Source of the DNA: Aplysia californica
Lineage: Eukaryota
Length of the DNA stretch: 64,000 bases
Assembly: GCF_000002075.1 (NCBI RefSeq)
Contig: NW_004797388.1
Span: forward strand, 470,774-534,773
Reading direction: 5' to 3'
Positions 1 through 13,580 of this stretch are shown here, one piece after another (the stretch's first letter is position 1; each line of letters opens with the position of its first letter). Position numbers and translations under genes: made by a program. Under the pieces are notes generated by a model that was not told where the DNA came from, ran no database searches, and saw only the letters and a list, made by a program, of their open reading frames with translations.

Positions 1-95
1 CAAAGAATTGAAGGACAGCACCTGGAAGACGAAGAAGAAATTGTGTTCGAAACAAATCTTGCACTAAGGACTCTAGCTGAGGCCGACAAGGTCAC
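1..95 (+). mobile_element. Possible Mutator (MULE) transposase remnant
   Basis: Frame 1 reads EEEIVFETNLALRTLAEADK, resembling the segment just before the DGTF motif of MULE transposases. It is short and the motif itself is absent. Confidence 0.25.
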
Positions 96-119
96 AGAGC
101 TTGACCACCCGCTAAACTG

Positions 120-1321
120 GACGAAAAAGTGCTTTATTTACCAATGATTATGTTCGGGCCCAGGATTCTTTCCATTGTCTTGGCAGAAATGAAATGTTTG
201 TAAGCAGCAATTACTGTCTGAAAATTTCTTTGGTTAGTCATCTGTCTAGTAAGAGGTTGCATCAAGGTGGGCACACTTGTGTTGGAGCAACCCTGTATCA
301 CAGCGTATCATCTTTGCCTTCAGTGTAGACGTATTCCAGTTTCCCTTTCTGACAGAGTGTAGTTTCCTCAGTTGCATGTGGCATAGTTTCTAAGTCTGGC
401 ACAAGTGAGCTCATGTCCACAGGCTGTAGCATTTCCAGCCGTAGTATTTATTGCTTTCAGCTTCCTCTTCCTCATTCACTTCATCCATGTCAGTATCTTC
501 TCCCTCATTTCCTATAGTATTGTCCTCCAACTCATTAGCCACATCATTCTCCTGTCCATTGTATCCAGAGTCATCATCATTCTCTTTTATTGTATCAACT
601 ACCGGTACTCGATACTGGGCAAAGATATTTTCTCGCTCCATAGAAAAAGAAACCATTTATTTTTCTCTCTCTCTCTCTCTCTCCTTCTCTCACACACAAA
701 ATTTGATGCCAGCTAGGTTCGAATCCACATGAATGGATTCCCAGACCAGCGCCATAGGACTGATATACATAATTTATATATAGATTCATCCTTTCCACTA
801 GTAGATCTAAGTTTGATAAAAGTATCCATACTTAATACAACAGCTAAGTGATGCAGTGTGTGTCAGACTTGCCAACAACAATCAGTCTCAATACATGTAT
901 AAAATAATAAAGGATGACTAGGCCTTCAGATGTTTCCAGCTCAACTGCAAGAGTGCGAGCAATACCCAACAGAAACCCAGATGTAGGAAAATTTGGATGC
1001 AGCGATGACAAGTACTCCATGCAAACGATGTGTTGGGTCGTCTGTTACCCCGCTACTATACGGATAAGAATAACTGCATTTTTTTCCTCTTTGGAGAGTG
1101 GGGGCACAAAGTGACTCCACCGGGTGCAAAAAAGGTCGTTTTGAAATGTGACCACTGGTCAAAAAGATACATTACCAATTGCGATTTGCTTTGCATAGCA
1201 GTCTGTCAAAATGATTTTTTGAGGAATACTGAAAGTTTAAAAAAGATCAGATTAGAAGTATTCTAAAATGTGAAAAATACAACCTTTGGGGTACAAAATG
1301 ACCCTAGGTGTACGGACAGGA
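120..1321 (-). mobile_element. Decayed piggyBac-like transposon (5' end and transposase N-terminus)
   Basis: TTAA at 1322-1325 is followed on the minus strand by TCCTGTCCGTACACCTAGGGTCATTTTGTACCCC. The minus-strand translation has an acidic N-terminus (411-656 ORF), then GKDDTL*YRVAP and TVIAAYKHFISAKTMERIL, with stop codons. Confidence 0.5.
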
Positions 1322-1349
1322 TTAAGGAACAAAACGGGGGAAAGCTACA

Positions 1350-1760
1350 ACTTCCACCTATATCCTTATATGGCGCTGAGATATGGAATTTAACAACAAC
1401 AAAAAAAGAAAAAAATGTGAGGACTGGTCAGAATTAGCTTGAAAGTAAAAAAGACAACAAAGAGATGAGTCAGATTCTCCACACAAGACAAACCTTTCTT
1501 AACAAAACTAAATGAAGACAAGACTTTGGTCACTTAAAATGACACCAGACCATTGTGAAAGAGGTGCTAGAAGGAAGGATGTGAGACAGGAGAGCCTGAG
1601 GTAGACAAAGAGTAACATGGATGGATATAACATTAAAACATGTACTGTCATGGGTATAGCAAAATGTGCAATGGCAGCAAGCTCGCGACCGTGAAGGATG
1701 GAGGGTCATTACACATCAACCTCCGAGTCAGAAGTGACACGTCCAGGTATTCCAGGTATT
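1350..1760 (+). mobile_element. RTE-clade LINE 3' fragment
   Basis: Degenerate translation LYGAEIWNL ... VLEGRM*DRRA*GRQRVTWMD ... ARDREGWR, ending in a short tandem tail (CCAGGTATT)2. Confidence 0.65.
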
Positions 1761-1968
1761 GATGAAATTATATTAGTCATATAGTATAATAGCGTTGACA
1801 CTAAACAAAACAGGCACACAGATAAAACAGGAAAAACAGAAGGATAGATCTAGTAGACAAGTAATAGTAATGCCCAAAAAGCACCCTAAAAAATACATAA
1901 CAGCCTCAGTGGGATTACAAACATTTTTAAGTGCATCACTCTTTTGCTCAAAATTATATAATTGCATA

Positions 1969-2143
1969 CATTGCAGCCTCTCTTTAATGACCTTCGATAT
2001 TATAACGATATCCTCGGGTCCCAATATTTATTCCTTATTTCATTAGTAATAGTAATATTTTTGGTAGCCTCTTTAAAATGACAACTCTCTATAATGATAT
2101 TTTTTTCTGGTCCCGACGATGTCATTATAGAGAGGCTGCACTG
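1969..2143. mobile_element. pogo/Tigger-type MITE
   Basis: TIRs CATTGCAGCCTCTCTTTAATGAC and (reverse complement) CAGTGCAGCCTCTCTATAATGAC, flanked by TA at 1967-1968 and 2144-2145. Confidence 0.8.
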
Positions 2144-2250
2144 TACTTTACTTGCTTGAAACATGTTGATGTGAAGGCCAAACTAAATTAGAAATTGTAA
2201 CCTATCTCTCTGAGATGGCACACCACAAACTGTGGGCAAAACAAGCTAAC

Positions 2251-2349
2251 CAGTTGTATGATAGTCGTTCTAGTTGCTGCCACCTCCAAGTGGAACATGC
2301 AACGGATGAAGTCGTCCGCCTCAGGCCTTGGATTCTCTGGTGCACTCAT
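2251..2349 (-). CDS. Putative first coding exon of an unknown spliced gene (paralogue A), MSAPENPRPEADDFIRCMFHLEVAATRTTIIQL
   Basis: Polypyrimidine tract and TTTAG acceptor (AG at 2355-2354), a 4-nt leader, ATG, 33 codons, then phase-0 CTG|GTTAGC. Homologous to the exon at 14124-14216. Confidence 0.55.
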
Positions 2350-2986
2350 TCTTCTAAATAAGAGAAAGAAAAACAAAATGAATAATACATTATATAGCAT
2401 TTTCAAGCTAGAGAGCCGACAGATTTCATTAAGATTGGCCTCACAGGTGAGTTCTTGTACATTATTATTTTGATCGAGTGAGTGGTTTTCAGAGAGATTC
2501 GTTCATCCAACAGGAAAGTTCAGATTTTGTGCTTCAAACATTACAATTTTCACACACTGATGATAATGCAGCCAATCACACAAATAATAAGAATAGGTTG
2601 AAGGGCCAAACAATACCTACCTACACTTTGTGGGTAAGTAAAGATTAAGTTCACGGGCAAAAATTGTAAGAGTATGCCTGGAGTGTTACAGAAAATATTG
2701 GCTTGGGATAGTCTTTGAAAATCAACGTTAACACTTCTACCCCAAAGAATGGGGCTTAGGAAGAAAAGACATAAATTTTCAGTTACAAATTAATCACTAA
2801 AAAAAAATATTCCCAAATGTAGTGACTCTCCGAACACTCAATTAACTCACAACACAGCAGCTGACATGACAACGACTTCGCATGGGCTTGCGAAGTGCTC
2901 AGATGAAAACACCGCCTCACCCAACTGTCCTACACAGCCAGTCGAGTAGAAAATTTCGGTGAGTAAAGACCTAGATCTACCTACAT

Positions 2987-4370
2987 TGGTGACCCCGACA
3001 AGTTGAAACGCAATTTCAACTTTGTTTATTCTGTCTTGGATTATATATTGAATCATATTTGAGCGGACTTGCATTTTCATCACAGCCCTTACCATCCCTT
3101 CAAAATGTGTGACCAAGATCATCAAGTAAGTGCAGTTTCGATTAAACTACTAACATTTTGGACAGCCGGGCCGAAAGCTTGGTTTGCGTAAACTGAAGCG
3201 CAATTCGCTCTGTGGAATATCACCCTAGACGAAACTAAATACTACCATGTTGTCGCCGCCCTCGACAACAGCACAGGTACTCGGGCATTTTTTCTATATT
3301 AAATTCAACAAATATAGCACGCTGAAAACATTTTTGTTATAATCGGCATATTGTTTGTCTGATACGGAAAGAGCATCAGCGCTCTTTAAACTACAGGGGT
3401 TAGGAGACCGTAAGCCGCCAGAGTTAATGGACTCCATGTTAGGCCTACTGGGAGCGCACGAACCGTGCTTCCTTTTCAGACACTTATACTTACAACAGTT
3501 GCCTGAATACGTAAGAGCCCCCCTGTGAACATTCGACAATCTCGACAGCCGCACGTCAGCACAAGAAACCAACAAATTATTCCTTGCCGTTGCTCCACCC
3601 GTGACGCTACTGGCTGTCGATCGCACAACAGCTGCTAGCAAACCCAGACCTTCCCACTCTACAGGTCTATGTTTTTACCGCCATAGATTCGGATCAAACG
3701 CCAAAAAATGCATTGCGCCATGCACTTACAAAGCCTAAAAAAACCCAGCTGCGGTTCAGGGAAATGAGTAGGTGGGTCAGCAGAATTCAGTCTGGCTTCA
3801 GAGCCTTCTGTTAGCCCACAAAAAGCTCAACTGATTAACATGGACTCTGTCTCTGGCCGTCGTTATTACATCATCGATACAGAAGCCCAGGTTTCGGTTC
3901 TTCCAGCAACATGAATGGTGGGACAAACAGGCGAACACTTCAGGCTCTCCACTTTTAGCCGCAAATGGTAGCACAATCAATACATATGGAGCACTCAACA
4001 CCACCATTCGTTTCCAAAACAATGATTTTGACGCCAGGCTTATTATCGCCGATGTAAAGCGGGCCCTACTTGGTGCCGACTTTCTTCGCAGCCACAACCT
4101 ACTGGTAGACATTCGTGGTCAGAAACAGATAGAGGCTTAATCTTTCAAAGTAAACCCTTGTACTATCAGTCATATTCTCAGGCAGCCATAGTGAACCCAG
4201 AAAGCAACAAATTTAGGAAGATATTTTTTAACAGAGTTTCCTGAAATCCTCAAGCCAACCTTTTCGGCCTCCGAAGTGAAGCACGGGGTTTCTCATTTCA
4301 TCCCCACCACTGGTCCACCCATACATGCCAAAGCTCGTCGACCACCCCCGGACAAACTAGCTACAGTCCG
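2987..4370 (+). mobile_element. Ty3/Gypsy LTR retrotransposon remnant, CsRn1-like (PBS, gag, protease, start of pol)
   Basis: PBS TGGTGACCCCGAC (tRNA-Trp type) at 2987. Gag reads GLGDRKPPELMDSM and LYLQQLPEYVR, with a degenerate CHCC knuckle CFYRHRFGSNAKKCIAPC. Protease region reads AANGSTINTYG and LLGADFL, then VKHGVSHFIPTTGPPIHAKARR. Multiple stops and frameshifts. Confidence 0.85.
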
Positions 4371-5728
4371 GCATAAAGCACGTTTCACTAAACGGCTCTT
4401 ACCGAATGTTTGCTATATAAATTACACGCCTTTAAGCACGTTAACTTCGCCTTCAGGCACGTTTCATTTACAAGACAAGACAGTCAATATTTTCAGGATG
4501 ACCCTTCGAGGTTCGAACACAGTCTACACCGCAACAGTGGATTCGAGTGTGTTAAGAGAAGCACAAAGAACTCAAGAGATGGAGACACACACTCACACGC
4601 GCGGAGAGGAAGACAGAGAGAGGCACACAGACGCCCGTGTGGACATAGAATCTCGCCTAGGGCAAAGCTACACACAGACGAAAAAATACAAAAAGAGTCA
4701 TGGACACGATATTATTTCATGTCATGTTGTAGGCCTGTATCATTCATTGTCCCTGGTAATCTGTGTTTACAAATAAAATCATCATCTACCGTTTATAATA
4801 CATGAACTACACTGAGAAGTCTTTCTTCATGATGATTTCATATTATATTTCTATGATATCCAGCAGCTGGGGCTACCACACTAGCTTCGATGCGGGGAAC
4901 GTTACGAATGTAGTAGCCATCGTTTCTAAATGATAATATAATAATATAGTAGTTCTGCCTGAATTGTGGAAGCTTTCTCAGTTTTTTTGATAAACCTCCT
5001 GGGATTTGACTCTTTTTTTTATGACGTCTTATCCGATCAATATTGGGTAGATCTAACTAGATCTAGATTAGATCTACAATTTTTTCTGACATTGTTTGCG
5101 CAAAAGGAGACTAGACGTAGTCTTGTTCATCTCTCATTCACATTCATTTGAGTTTCGAGTTTGAGCAAGTAAGTCGAAAGACGCTTGGATAATGTTCAAT
5201 AACAAGACGGCAGACGGTGCAACTCGATAATTAGTATTTTCTGTCCACAGTGTCGTCATTAAATAGAGATTCTAGATTTAGCCTACCTAAAAATATCATC
5301 TAGGCCAAGAGAACGTATAAAAGCTGCCTATGTTCGCTAGGCCTAAGTCTAATGTTCAGTGCTTCCAAGCGCGGCATCGAATCCCGGTCCAGGAAGGGTT
5401 TTTTTCCTTCTCCTGAGCCAAAAATTAAAAAAAAATAAAATAATTAGACTCACAGACAAAGGAAAGCCATTATTGAACTTTAATTTAACAAGGCCTAAGT
5501 TGGTAAAAGGAAAAGTAGGCTATAGGCTATACTAAGGCCTACTTTGTACAGGGCTCCTCTTGGGGACAAAGCCAGAATGTGCATGCTTCACCACTACATG
5601 ATAAAAAAAACAACTACAAAGCAACAAGTTATAATTATGGGAAAAATTTGTTGGTCAGTCGAGAAGAGGAAGAAAAAACCCAAAAAACTTGCAGGACCGG
5701 TATCGAACCCAAGCGCTCATAAATATAT

Positions 5729-6669
5729 CGAAGTGACTATTCGGACTCGAGTCCGAATATGAAAAAATGTTATTCGGACTCTGATTCTTGTCCAGCATGA
5801 CATCACTTCCGACTTCCTGTGACTCATGACTCCAGCTTCCTGTCCTGCCTCACTCGTGACTCGCCTCAGGCTGGGAAGAGACCGGGATCACTTTGGGCAA
5901 AATGGCGTTTTGTGCAGGAGCCGAGTCTTTATCTTATGATGAATTTGAGGCCGGCCTGAAAAGTTATAGCGCTTTTAATAAATGTTTATTTGTCAAGAGA
6001 TCATCAGAAGCAATTAAAGATGGCTTGTTAGCGTGTGTTGGGGCCGGATAGGCGGCCTGCACACGTGTGGCTGTGTGCGTGTCGGGGAGGGGGGGTGGGG
6101 GGGCACTATCGGTCCAGGCGTTGAACGTCGCATAACGCGTCAGTCTTTTTCCCCCCGGCAACTGACCATTATTACAATAATAAGCTAGTCTTGACGTAGA
6201 TCTACGCGTGTAACGAATTGTGCGCTGGTCTATGGAATCAAAAGTTGCCGTATGCTCAGCTCTACACAGCAACACAAGTTTTTCTTGGTAAACAATCGAG
6301 ATGACACAGGCTTGTGTATTTGAACGAATCTGTCTTATTTTTTTACACAGCTCATAATATGCACGTGCCATGTGATCTGTTAATCTTCAATTTTACCTTT
6401 TTCTCCAACAAAGAAAGTGAAAAACATGGGGGGTGGGGTATCAATGAGGCGGCGGGCATCGGATCAGCAGAAAAGGTGTGGGGGAAACTAAAAAATGGCG
6501 GAAAATGGGAAGCACTGAACGTTAGATCTTCTATAGAACGAAGACACTTCCTTTTTTGCGGACCCGAGTCCGAATAACATTTTTTCGTATTCGGACTCGA
6601 GTCCGAATAAGATTTTTTTTTATTCGGACTCCGAATATGAAAAAATGGTATTCGGACTCGACGACGGCC
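5729..6669 (+). mobile_element. Non-autonomous Mutator-like element
   Basis: ~44-bp inverted repeats (5738-5781 and 6566-6609) contain the palindrome TATTCGGACTCGAGTCCGAATA. A 9-bp direct repeat TAAATATAT lies at 5720-5728 and 6670-6678. From 5902, MAFCAGAESLSYDEFEAGLKSYSAFNKCLFVKRSS resembles the N-terminal domain of MULE/ZSWIM3-type proteins. Confidence 0.6.
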
Positions 6670-7389
6670 TAAATATATAGTGGTGTGGCTTCAGACACAG
6701 ACACACTGTCACTTCGGCCATCAGAACTTCCGTCATTGACGAAAGGTAGATTAAGCTTCATTATATAGCCTAGGCTAACACACAGCATTTTATTTAGCAC
6801 TGGCTGGCGTTAATCGCAAGAAAGTGGCTATTCTCACCCGCCCGGAAGTTCTCGCAAGATCAACTCCTCCCCTCTTCTCTCTCTCTCCGTCTCTTTCTGA
6901 ATACTGTCTATCGGTGTGGACGATCAAATTGACCAAAACAAAGTTAAAAAATCATGTTAAAACACAAAAGTAAATAAATTTGGTTGTCTGCAAAGATGCT
7001 ACGGCTATTTAACTTTTCGAATCGAGCCGAACTACGCGGGTCGCCATTTTGTTTTGCCCGGAAATTCTCGCGCTACTCCTCTCTCTCTTTCTCTCTCTCT
7101 CTCCACTGCCCACAGACAAAATTGTACGCTTTTAGTAAGCTACAATTGTAATGGAACGTTTGTTCACGGCACAGAATTCTACAATTTTTCTGTTATCACA
7201 GTGTAGAATTCTGTGGTTTAGGGTGAACGCAAAATTCGGTGAACGCGCACCGGGTGAGAATAGCCACAAGACTCGCCTGCACTATTCTCACTCCGGGTGA
7301 GAATAGAGGTGGCCTAATCGCAACGCGGCGTTTTATCTAGCACTGGCGCTAATCTCTACGCGGCGTTGCAAATAGGCACTTCCATTATA

Positions 7390-8040
7390 TTTAGATCTAG
7401 ATCTAGATATATATAATATAATATATAAAGCCTATACACATTAAATCCAGTTTCAATACTGATCTCTACTCTAGACTAAGGCACACAGAAGTCCAGCACT
7501 GAGCCTATAACTACAAGTGTACTAGAGATCTAGTGTCTAGTCTATTCTAGATCTAGATCTAGATTAGATCTAGATTCTAATATATTTATAACACTGGGTT
7601 TATAAGACCACATTCAATGATGTGACATTCAATTTTACAGATTCACAATGAGCTGATGAACCTGACCCTGACCTGAGAGGCTGAATCAGTAGATCTAATC
7701 TCGATATCTAGTTAATCTAGTATCTAGATCTATCTAGATCTAGATCAAAGAAAGAGTCTGTACTATCTTTGTCTAAATCTAGATATCTAGATCTAGATTA
7801 GATCTAGATCTAGATCTAGTCTAGATCTAGATCTAGAGACTAGAATCTCAAAGTGGCTAGCCGTACTTAGATCTAAATCTAGATCTAGATCTAGATCTAG
7901 ATCTAGGTTTGGCCCAATCGACTCAAGCCTGTTAAGTACACAGGTCTCATTAGATCCAGATCTAGAATCCAGATCTAGATTTTCTCTAGATTAGATTCTA
8001 GTTGTCTTAAATACCTTTCAACCCAGTAGTCTAGATCTAC
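7390..8040. repeat. (TAGATC)n-rich self-complementary simple repeat tract
   Basis: Many runs of TAGATCTAGATC, the longest at about 7866-7905 and 7780-7836. Confidence 0.9.
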
Positions 8041-11000
8041 AATTCAAGAATGTGAAGTCAGAAAGTTTGAGAATAATTTCACAGAATTCTACTCTGTGGA
8101 ATAATTTGAACGTCTGTGAAACAATTAAATTGACAACAACACGCTTCTTACTTCTTATTTGAATTCGTGTTTTCTTTACCTGGAATTCTACATGCCTGGA
8201 AAATATTTGGGAGATCGGAATTTCCCATAGGATCGATATAGATCTTACAGGTATTGACGAGAAGTGGCAACCCGACTACTTTTGGATGATCAGTAATTAG
8301 GCATTTGTTTTGGGCGTTTTGGAGGGTGATAGCAAAGGCAGGGTCTCTCAAAGGTAAAAACTTCTTAAAACTAGCTCTGTATTTTCGGCTCTCTCCACGG
8401 CATCATTTAGGACCTTTGAAGGTGCCCAATAATTAATTTGATATTCGGACATATAAGAGATAGGCCTATTGTAAGTAATTGAGCACGTATAGCGGGCGGT
8501 ATGCTGACATCAGAGTTAACCTCCTTTAACTCAAACTGATTATCAAAGTTCCTCTCTAAGCTTCAAAATGCTTATTTATATAGCCATTGCTAGGTCTCTG
8601 ATATTATGTTGTCGATCTTTACTTTTACCACGAGCAAGCAGATCATTCATGTTGTTGTCCCATGATAGGTAAAATGCACTGCCTATTTCAAATACGATAA
8701 ACTTTGTAGACCAATGAAAATCATAAGGTTCGTATTGTCGTGGTTTATCTGACGTGTCAATTGCGATTTCAAGTTGATTTTATTGTTCTATTGCGCGTTT
8801 ACTTGTCTACTGTTTGTCTTGTTCGTTAAGTTGCGGAAATATTCAAGTGACACAAGTAAGTATTCGCCCATTCACCAAAGATTCTCTCGGCGGTCCCAGT
8901 ATTCTATTAATAGGCCTAACTTCCGGTGTACTTCCCCCAAGCTTACCCTAGCCTTATAATATTTCAGAACTTTGTGCGTTACCAACAACCAGGAACAAAG
9001 CATCGAAGTACAATAATTTTAAAATTTAGAGTTTACACATCACGACCATTGGCAACCGCAAGGTTTTGTCGGGTCGTCATCTCTTTCGTCTTTTTTCCTT
9101 TTTGGCTCGACTCCAAATTAATCTTTCTTGAAACTAATAATGATTTAATTATGTAATATAAATGTGTCACATGTCGTAGATCTAGATTCTATCTGGAATT
9201 AATTTAGACGTTACCTTCTTAACCCAGTTTCAGGATGTGTTTCTCTCATGTAGTTTTCTGCAAATGATAATATTATATATAGATCTATCTATTACATAAT
9301 AATAATGATTGTGATGTATAAATTATTATCTATTTAATATTTTGTTTTGTACTTACAGAACTTATAGTGTGGTGTCAGTAACTACAATAATAGCCTAGAC
9401 GTAGTACGTAGATCTACTTATGCCCCAACCAAGACAAAGAAGTAAAAAGGGATAATAAGTATATATATTATAATATCATTTTGTAGTTTAATTATACACA
9501 CCCACCTCGTGTGGCTATCCAACTTGCACTGACTGGTGACAAATCTTTTTCACCTCGACTGCAACTCATGCTCACGAGTTCTGTCTTCCACTGTCCGTGG
9601 CTCGAGATCATGCCTCGGCCTGCCCTTTTGTTCTCGTCTTCAGTGTCAAATAGGTACTTGATTACTTTCTCGAACTAAACCAACTAACCGCACATTTCCA
9701 TTATTATTTGAATTGCCATGGAAAATAATTACAGGACTCTTGTCAGCCTGCCTAAAAATTTAAAAATAAGGAAAAGTTAGTTTGTGTGTCACATACACAG
9801 TGATTTTGATGATTTCCAAAGCTTGAGATGTCCTTTGAAACTACAAATTTACGTCTTTTGAACCTGCTGTGATCAATGTTTTTTCAATAGAATCCACAAA
9901 GAAATATATGTTTTTAAAGAGACATAAAAGGTGTTGTGCCCTATGAGCAGAAAAATATTGGTGTCTTCGATTATTACCAGTATTTTGAGGGGCAGTATTT
10001 AGCTCTGAATTCACGTACCAAGCTACACACATAATATTGATGATACTTGTATGATATGATGGTTCTTGATTTAGGTTTAGATAAAACAAAATGTAAAAGT
10101 CTTTCTTTATCTATTGATTTTCGGATAGTAAAAAAGACATAAGGTAGAGCGCCCGTTTCTGTAAACTGCGAGGTATAGGCCTACGGTCGTGCTCATTATA
10201 ACCTCTTGAAATTAGTTGCCAAAGGGAACTTTCTAAAAGTAGCAGTTGGTTCCTATGGTTCAAAAGTGAGCCTGACATGCAGTGCCTATACATCATAAAT
10301 GGCAAACAAATAAAGATTTAGAGGGGATACTATTTATCTTTTTCGCCCTGTGTGCTAACACATATGCCCTTTTTGCAACCAATGTTTGCCCTTGGTGCAA
10401 CAGTCTGCCTATCTGCTACCTTTGTGAATTGAATACAACAGATGTTTAAAGATACAGAAGAAATTATCAGGTAAAGAAATTATATCATTTGCTTTTGAAT
10501 TAAAAGATCCCAGCGTGGGCTTATAATAATAATAGAGCTGAAAAAAATTGAAATAAAATTAGGGCTGAAAACTGAAAGTTATATTTATGTGTTAGAAATC
10601 TGCATGCGGTCGCGTGAAGGTGTGTACATTCAGCATGTGTGTCAGCACACTTCCTGTTCAACAGAGATACAGATTAGGCCAACGCGGACAGCTTTCAGTG
10701 TTCTGCAAAATTTAGGTCCTGAGGAAGCTGCATAGAAGAGCAATTATATTTTCCCTTGCTGATGCCATTTTTGTGTTTGCTCTACGAATTCTTCACTATG
10801 TACTCCATGTGTGTATTTTGAATACAAAGAATGTAATATAAAAGAAAAAATTCAGTATGTGCGTTTTTTTGTTTTTTTTCACTTTGTGCCTGCTAGACTG
10901 ATCTTTATGATTATTTAAACTACATTTACGTCTGCAAGTAAGAGGCTAATGGTATTGCTCCACAAAACTAGCAATGGTATGATTTTTTTGAGGGAGGGGT

Positions 11001-11924
11001 GTTTTCCTTATTATACAAAATTACAAACTAGAAATATAAATTCTAATTGTAACTAACGTGACTCTAGGTTAGATAGAATTATTCTGGCTTGACCCAAAAG
11101 GTTTTTGCACCTTGGTCCGTAAAACAAATCACCTTGCCCAACCCGCAACAGCCTGGTTGCATATATTGGATAGGGCTTGGGTGCTTGTACCATATGCCCA
11201 TGGTGCAACCACTAACTTTCTGCTGCGCTGTCTTTTGTACTGCAAATGCTTTTCACAATCAGTTGCAAATAATCAATGACTCATCTTGAAGAAAACAATA
11301 GCATTGAAAACTTAATCCTTTTTTGTTGTTGTTGTTGTCTCCCCTTGAACAACTTGCCTAAAAATCTCACAAACCAAGTTTTTCAACAAACATTTAAAAA
11401 AATATTCCAACCAGCTTCAATAAAAGGGGAAATGAAAAAGGAAGTGGATTATAAGTCAACATATATATATTATACACACTTTTAAACTTCAAATCCTGTA
11501 TTATTTTACAAATGGATATGATCATATCAACCAAAATATCAAATGACTCTGCCTAAGCACACACGCAAGCAGCTTACCAAAAATATGCTGTCTCAGGATG
11601 GCCACTATGAAAACGGAGAGATTGCAGATCAGAACTAAAAATATTAATTAAAAACCCTTTAAAACGGTACGTTTTATTTTAAAGAGTCAGAGCAATAAAG
11701 AAAATAAGTTATGGTAAACTGCCCTGGGTGCAACAAGACCTAGGGGCAACAGTTTTCACCATCTTCGAAAATAAAGCAAGTTGAGCTGAGTGAAAAAAAA
11801 AATTAACAGAGCACCTTCCCTTGGGTTGTTGTTGACGTATCTATTGATAATATCTTAAAAGTATAGATCTTCAGCTTTTGTTGTTTTTTTGTATACTTTG
11901 TAAAATAAGCAACTTTCCCTAAAT

Positions 11925-13580
11925 TTTAGGAGCATTACAAGTCCTAAATAGTTGATAATAACTTCCAAAAAAACTAACAAACAAATGTTGCATTTCGTGG
12001 GATTCGGTTTTATTGTAAAATCCCTTCCTAGTGTTAGAAAAAAAGTACAACAATTGATTTGAAAATGTGCATTTTACGACCCATGTATGTTAGGAACGTT
12101 ACTGGACAAGTAATGCTAACCAAAGCAGACAAAAAAAGTTTTCCTGGCTCCTGTCAGAAGAAGAGGATTCGAACACAGTATTTATTATCAGTCAGGGCAA
12201 ACTTAAAACTGTATGATGGTTAAAAAAAAGAGCAAGTAATTTGAGATAGAATATTATGAAAAGGGAGCATTTAATTCCTGTTAGGACTATTACCGGACAA
12301 GCAAATGAAATGGAAAAACTCTAAAAGAGGCGATTTATCTCATAGTTATAGATGCAAAACATACATTTAAACAAAGGGCAACTAACAACATTATAAATAT
12401 GACCTGAAAAAGAAACAAACTAATGCATATTATTATTAAAGCGGAAGAACTGATTTTTTTGTTAGGATAGTTACGGGACAAACAATTTAAACAGAAAATG
12501 TGCTTAGCCTGAAATGTCTGAAAGAAATTTGAGCATAACTTGTGCTAACACTGAGTATCAACTTAAAACATAATGATATCGCAGATAACTCTTGGAGCAG
12601 GGTATTTGAAAGTTAAGGGGAAAGGAGCTGTTAGGAACATCACCGAAAGCAAAAGAAACTTCCTGCAGGGGACATTGAGATAGCTCAACCAATTAAATCA
12701 CAGTAAAGATGAATAAAATGAAATAAAGAAAAGCATCATAATGAAATGTCAAAATTAATCCCAAAAATTCCAAAGTGTTAGGAAGGTAACAGATTTACTT
12801 TCGCGTGTAACCAACCTTCCTATCAAAGATCAGATTACTTCTCATAACTCCGAGAACGCTTTGGTTGAACACGAGTGGGGACCAGTAATGTGGGGGTTTT
12901 CTATAACATTTTGTGAATTTAAATGGTGCTGCATTTTAAGTATATCAGTTTTTGAATTAGAACCATTGTCAGATAGATTACATGGGACAAGATCGATGTT
13001 GTCGTCCAAATTCACATTCTTCGGTACTAAGCCTAAGTTCTCGTTTTCTTTGCACTTGCACTAAGAGCCGACTGTAAATTGCAGTGTATTTAAGCATTCT
13101 ATGCATCTTAAAAGTTTCATAACTTGATGAAATCATAATAAAAAGAGAAAAAACGTTAACCTCGTGTTAGCAACATTACATTATGTTTGGAACATAACAA
13201 GGCTAACAACAGCAGACGACGCACTGAAACAACCTGTACAGAGCCCCTCAATTTGGCAAATGACGCCAAAGCAGGCAAACAAAAGCTAATAGCAAAAGCA
13301 GTTTCTAAAAATAGTGATCGGAAACTCCGTCTATGATGAAGTTAGTGCAGAAACAGAAGTGCAGGAACATTACATCTGGACGACGCACGTATGGTGTTAC
13401 AAGTACACGAAAACGCCGAAAATCGGGCTGAAATATTGACAAATGGTTAATGCGTGCCAAAACACTTAAAGTCAGAGATATGAATGTGGGAGAAAGCTAT
13501 TTGGCAAAACTCAATTCAAAATGTGCTACTAGCGTGTAAGGACCATAGCAAAATGGACGATGCTTGTAATGTTTCTAACG
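11925..13580 (+). repeat. Array of TGTTAGGA-N3-TTAC(NGGACAA) motifs with unique spacers
   Basis: Motif starts at 12088, 12279, 12460, 12629, 12776, 12967 (degenerate), 13165 and 13360. A weaker copy is at 11925 and an inverted copy at 13565-13579. Confidence 0.6.

Noticed and set aside
6820-7270. Housekeeping-promoter-like motifs (CCGGAAGT, TCTCGC, CGCCATTTT)
   Set aside because: They lie between inverted repeats (GTGGCTATTCTCACCCG / CGGGTGAGAATAGCCAC), so they are probably transposon-borne, and no linked transcript can be shown.
11925-13580. CRISPR interpretation of the motif array and of the 11-bp arrays at 43511-43946
   Set aside because: Eukaryotic context, degenerate repeats, wrong spacer lengths and no cas genes.
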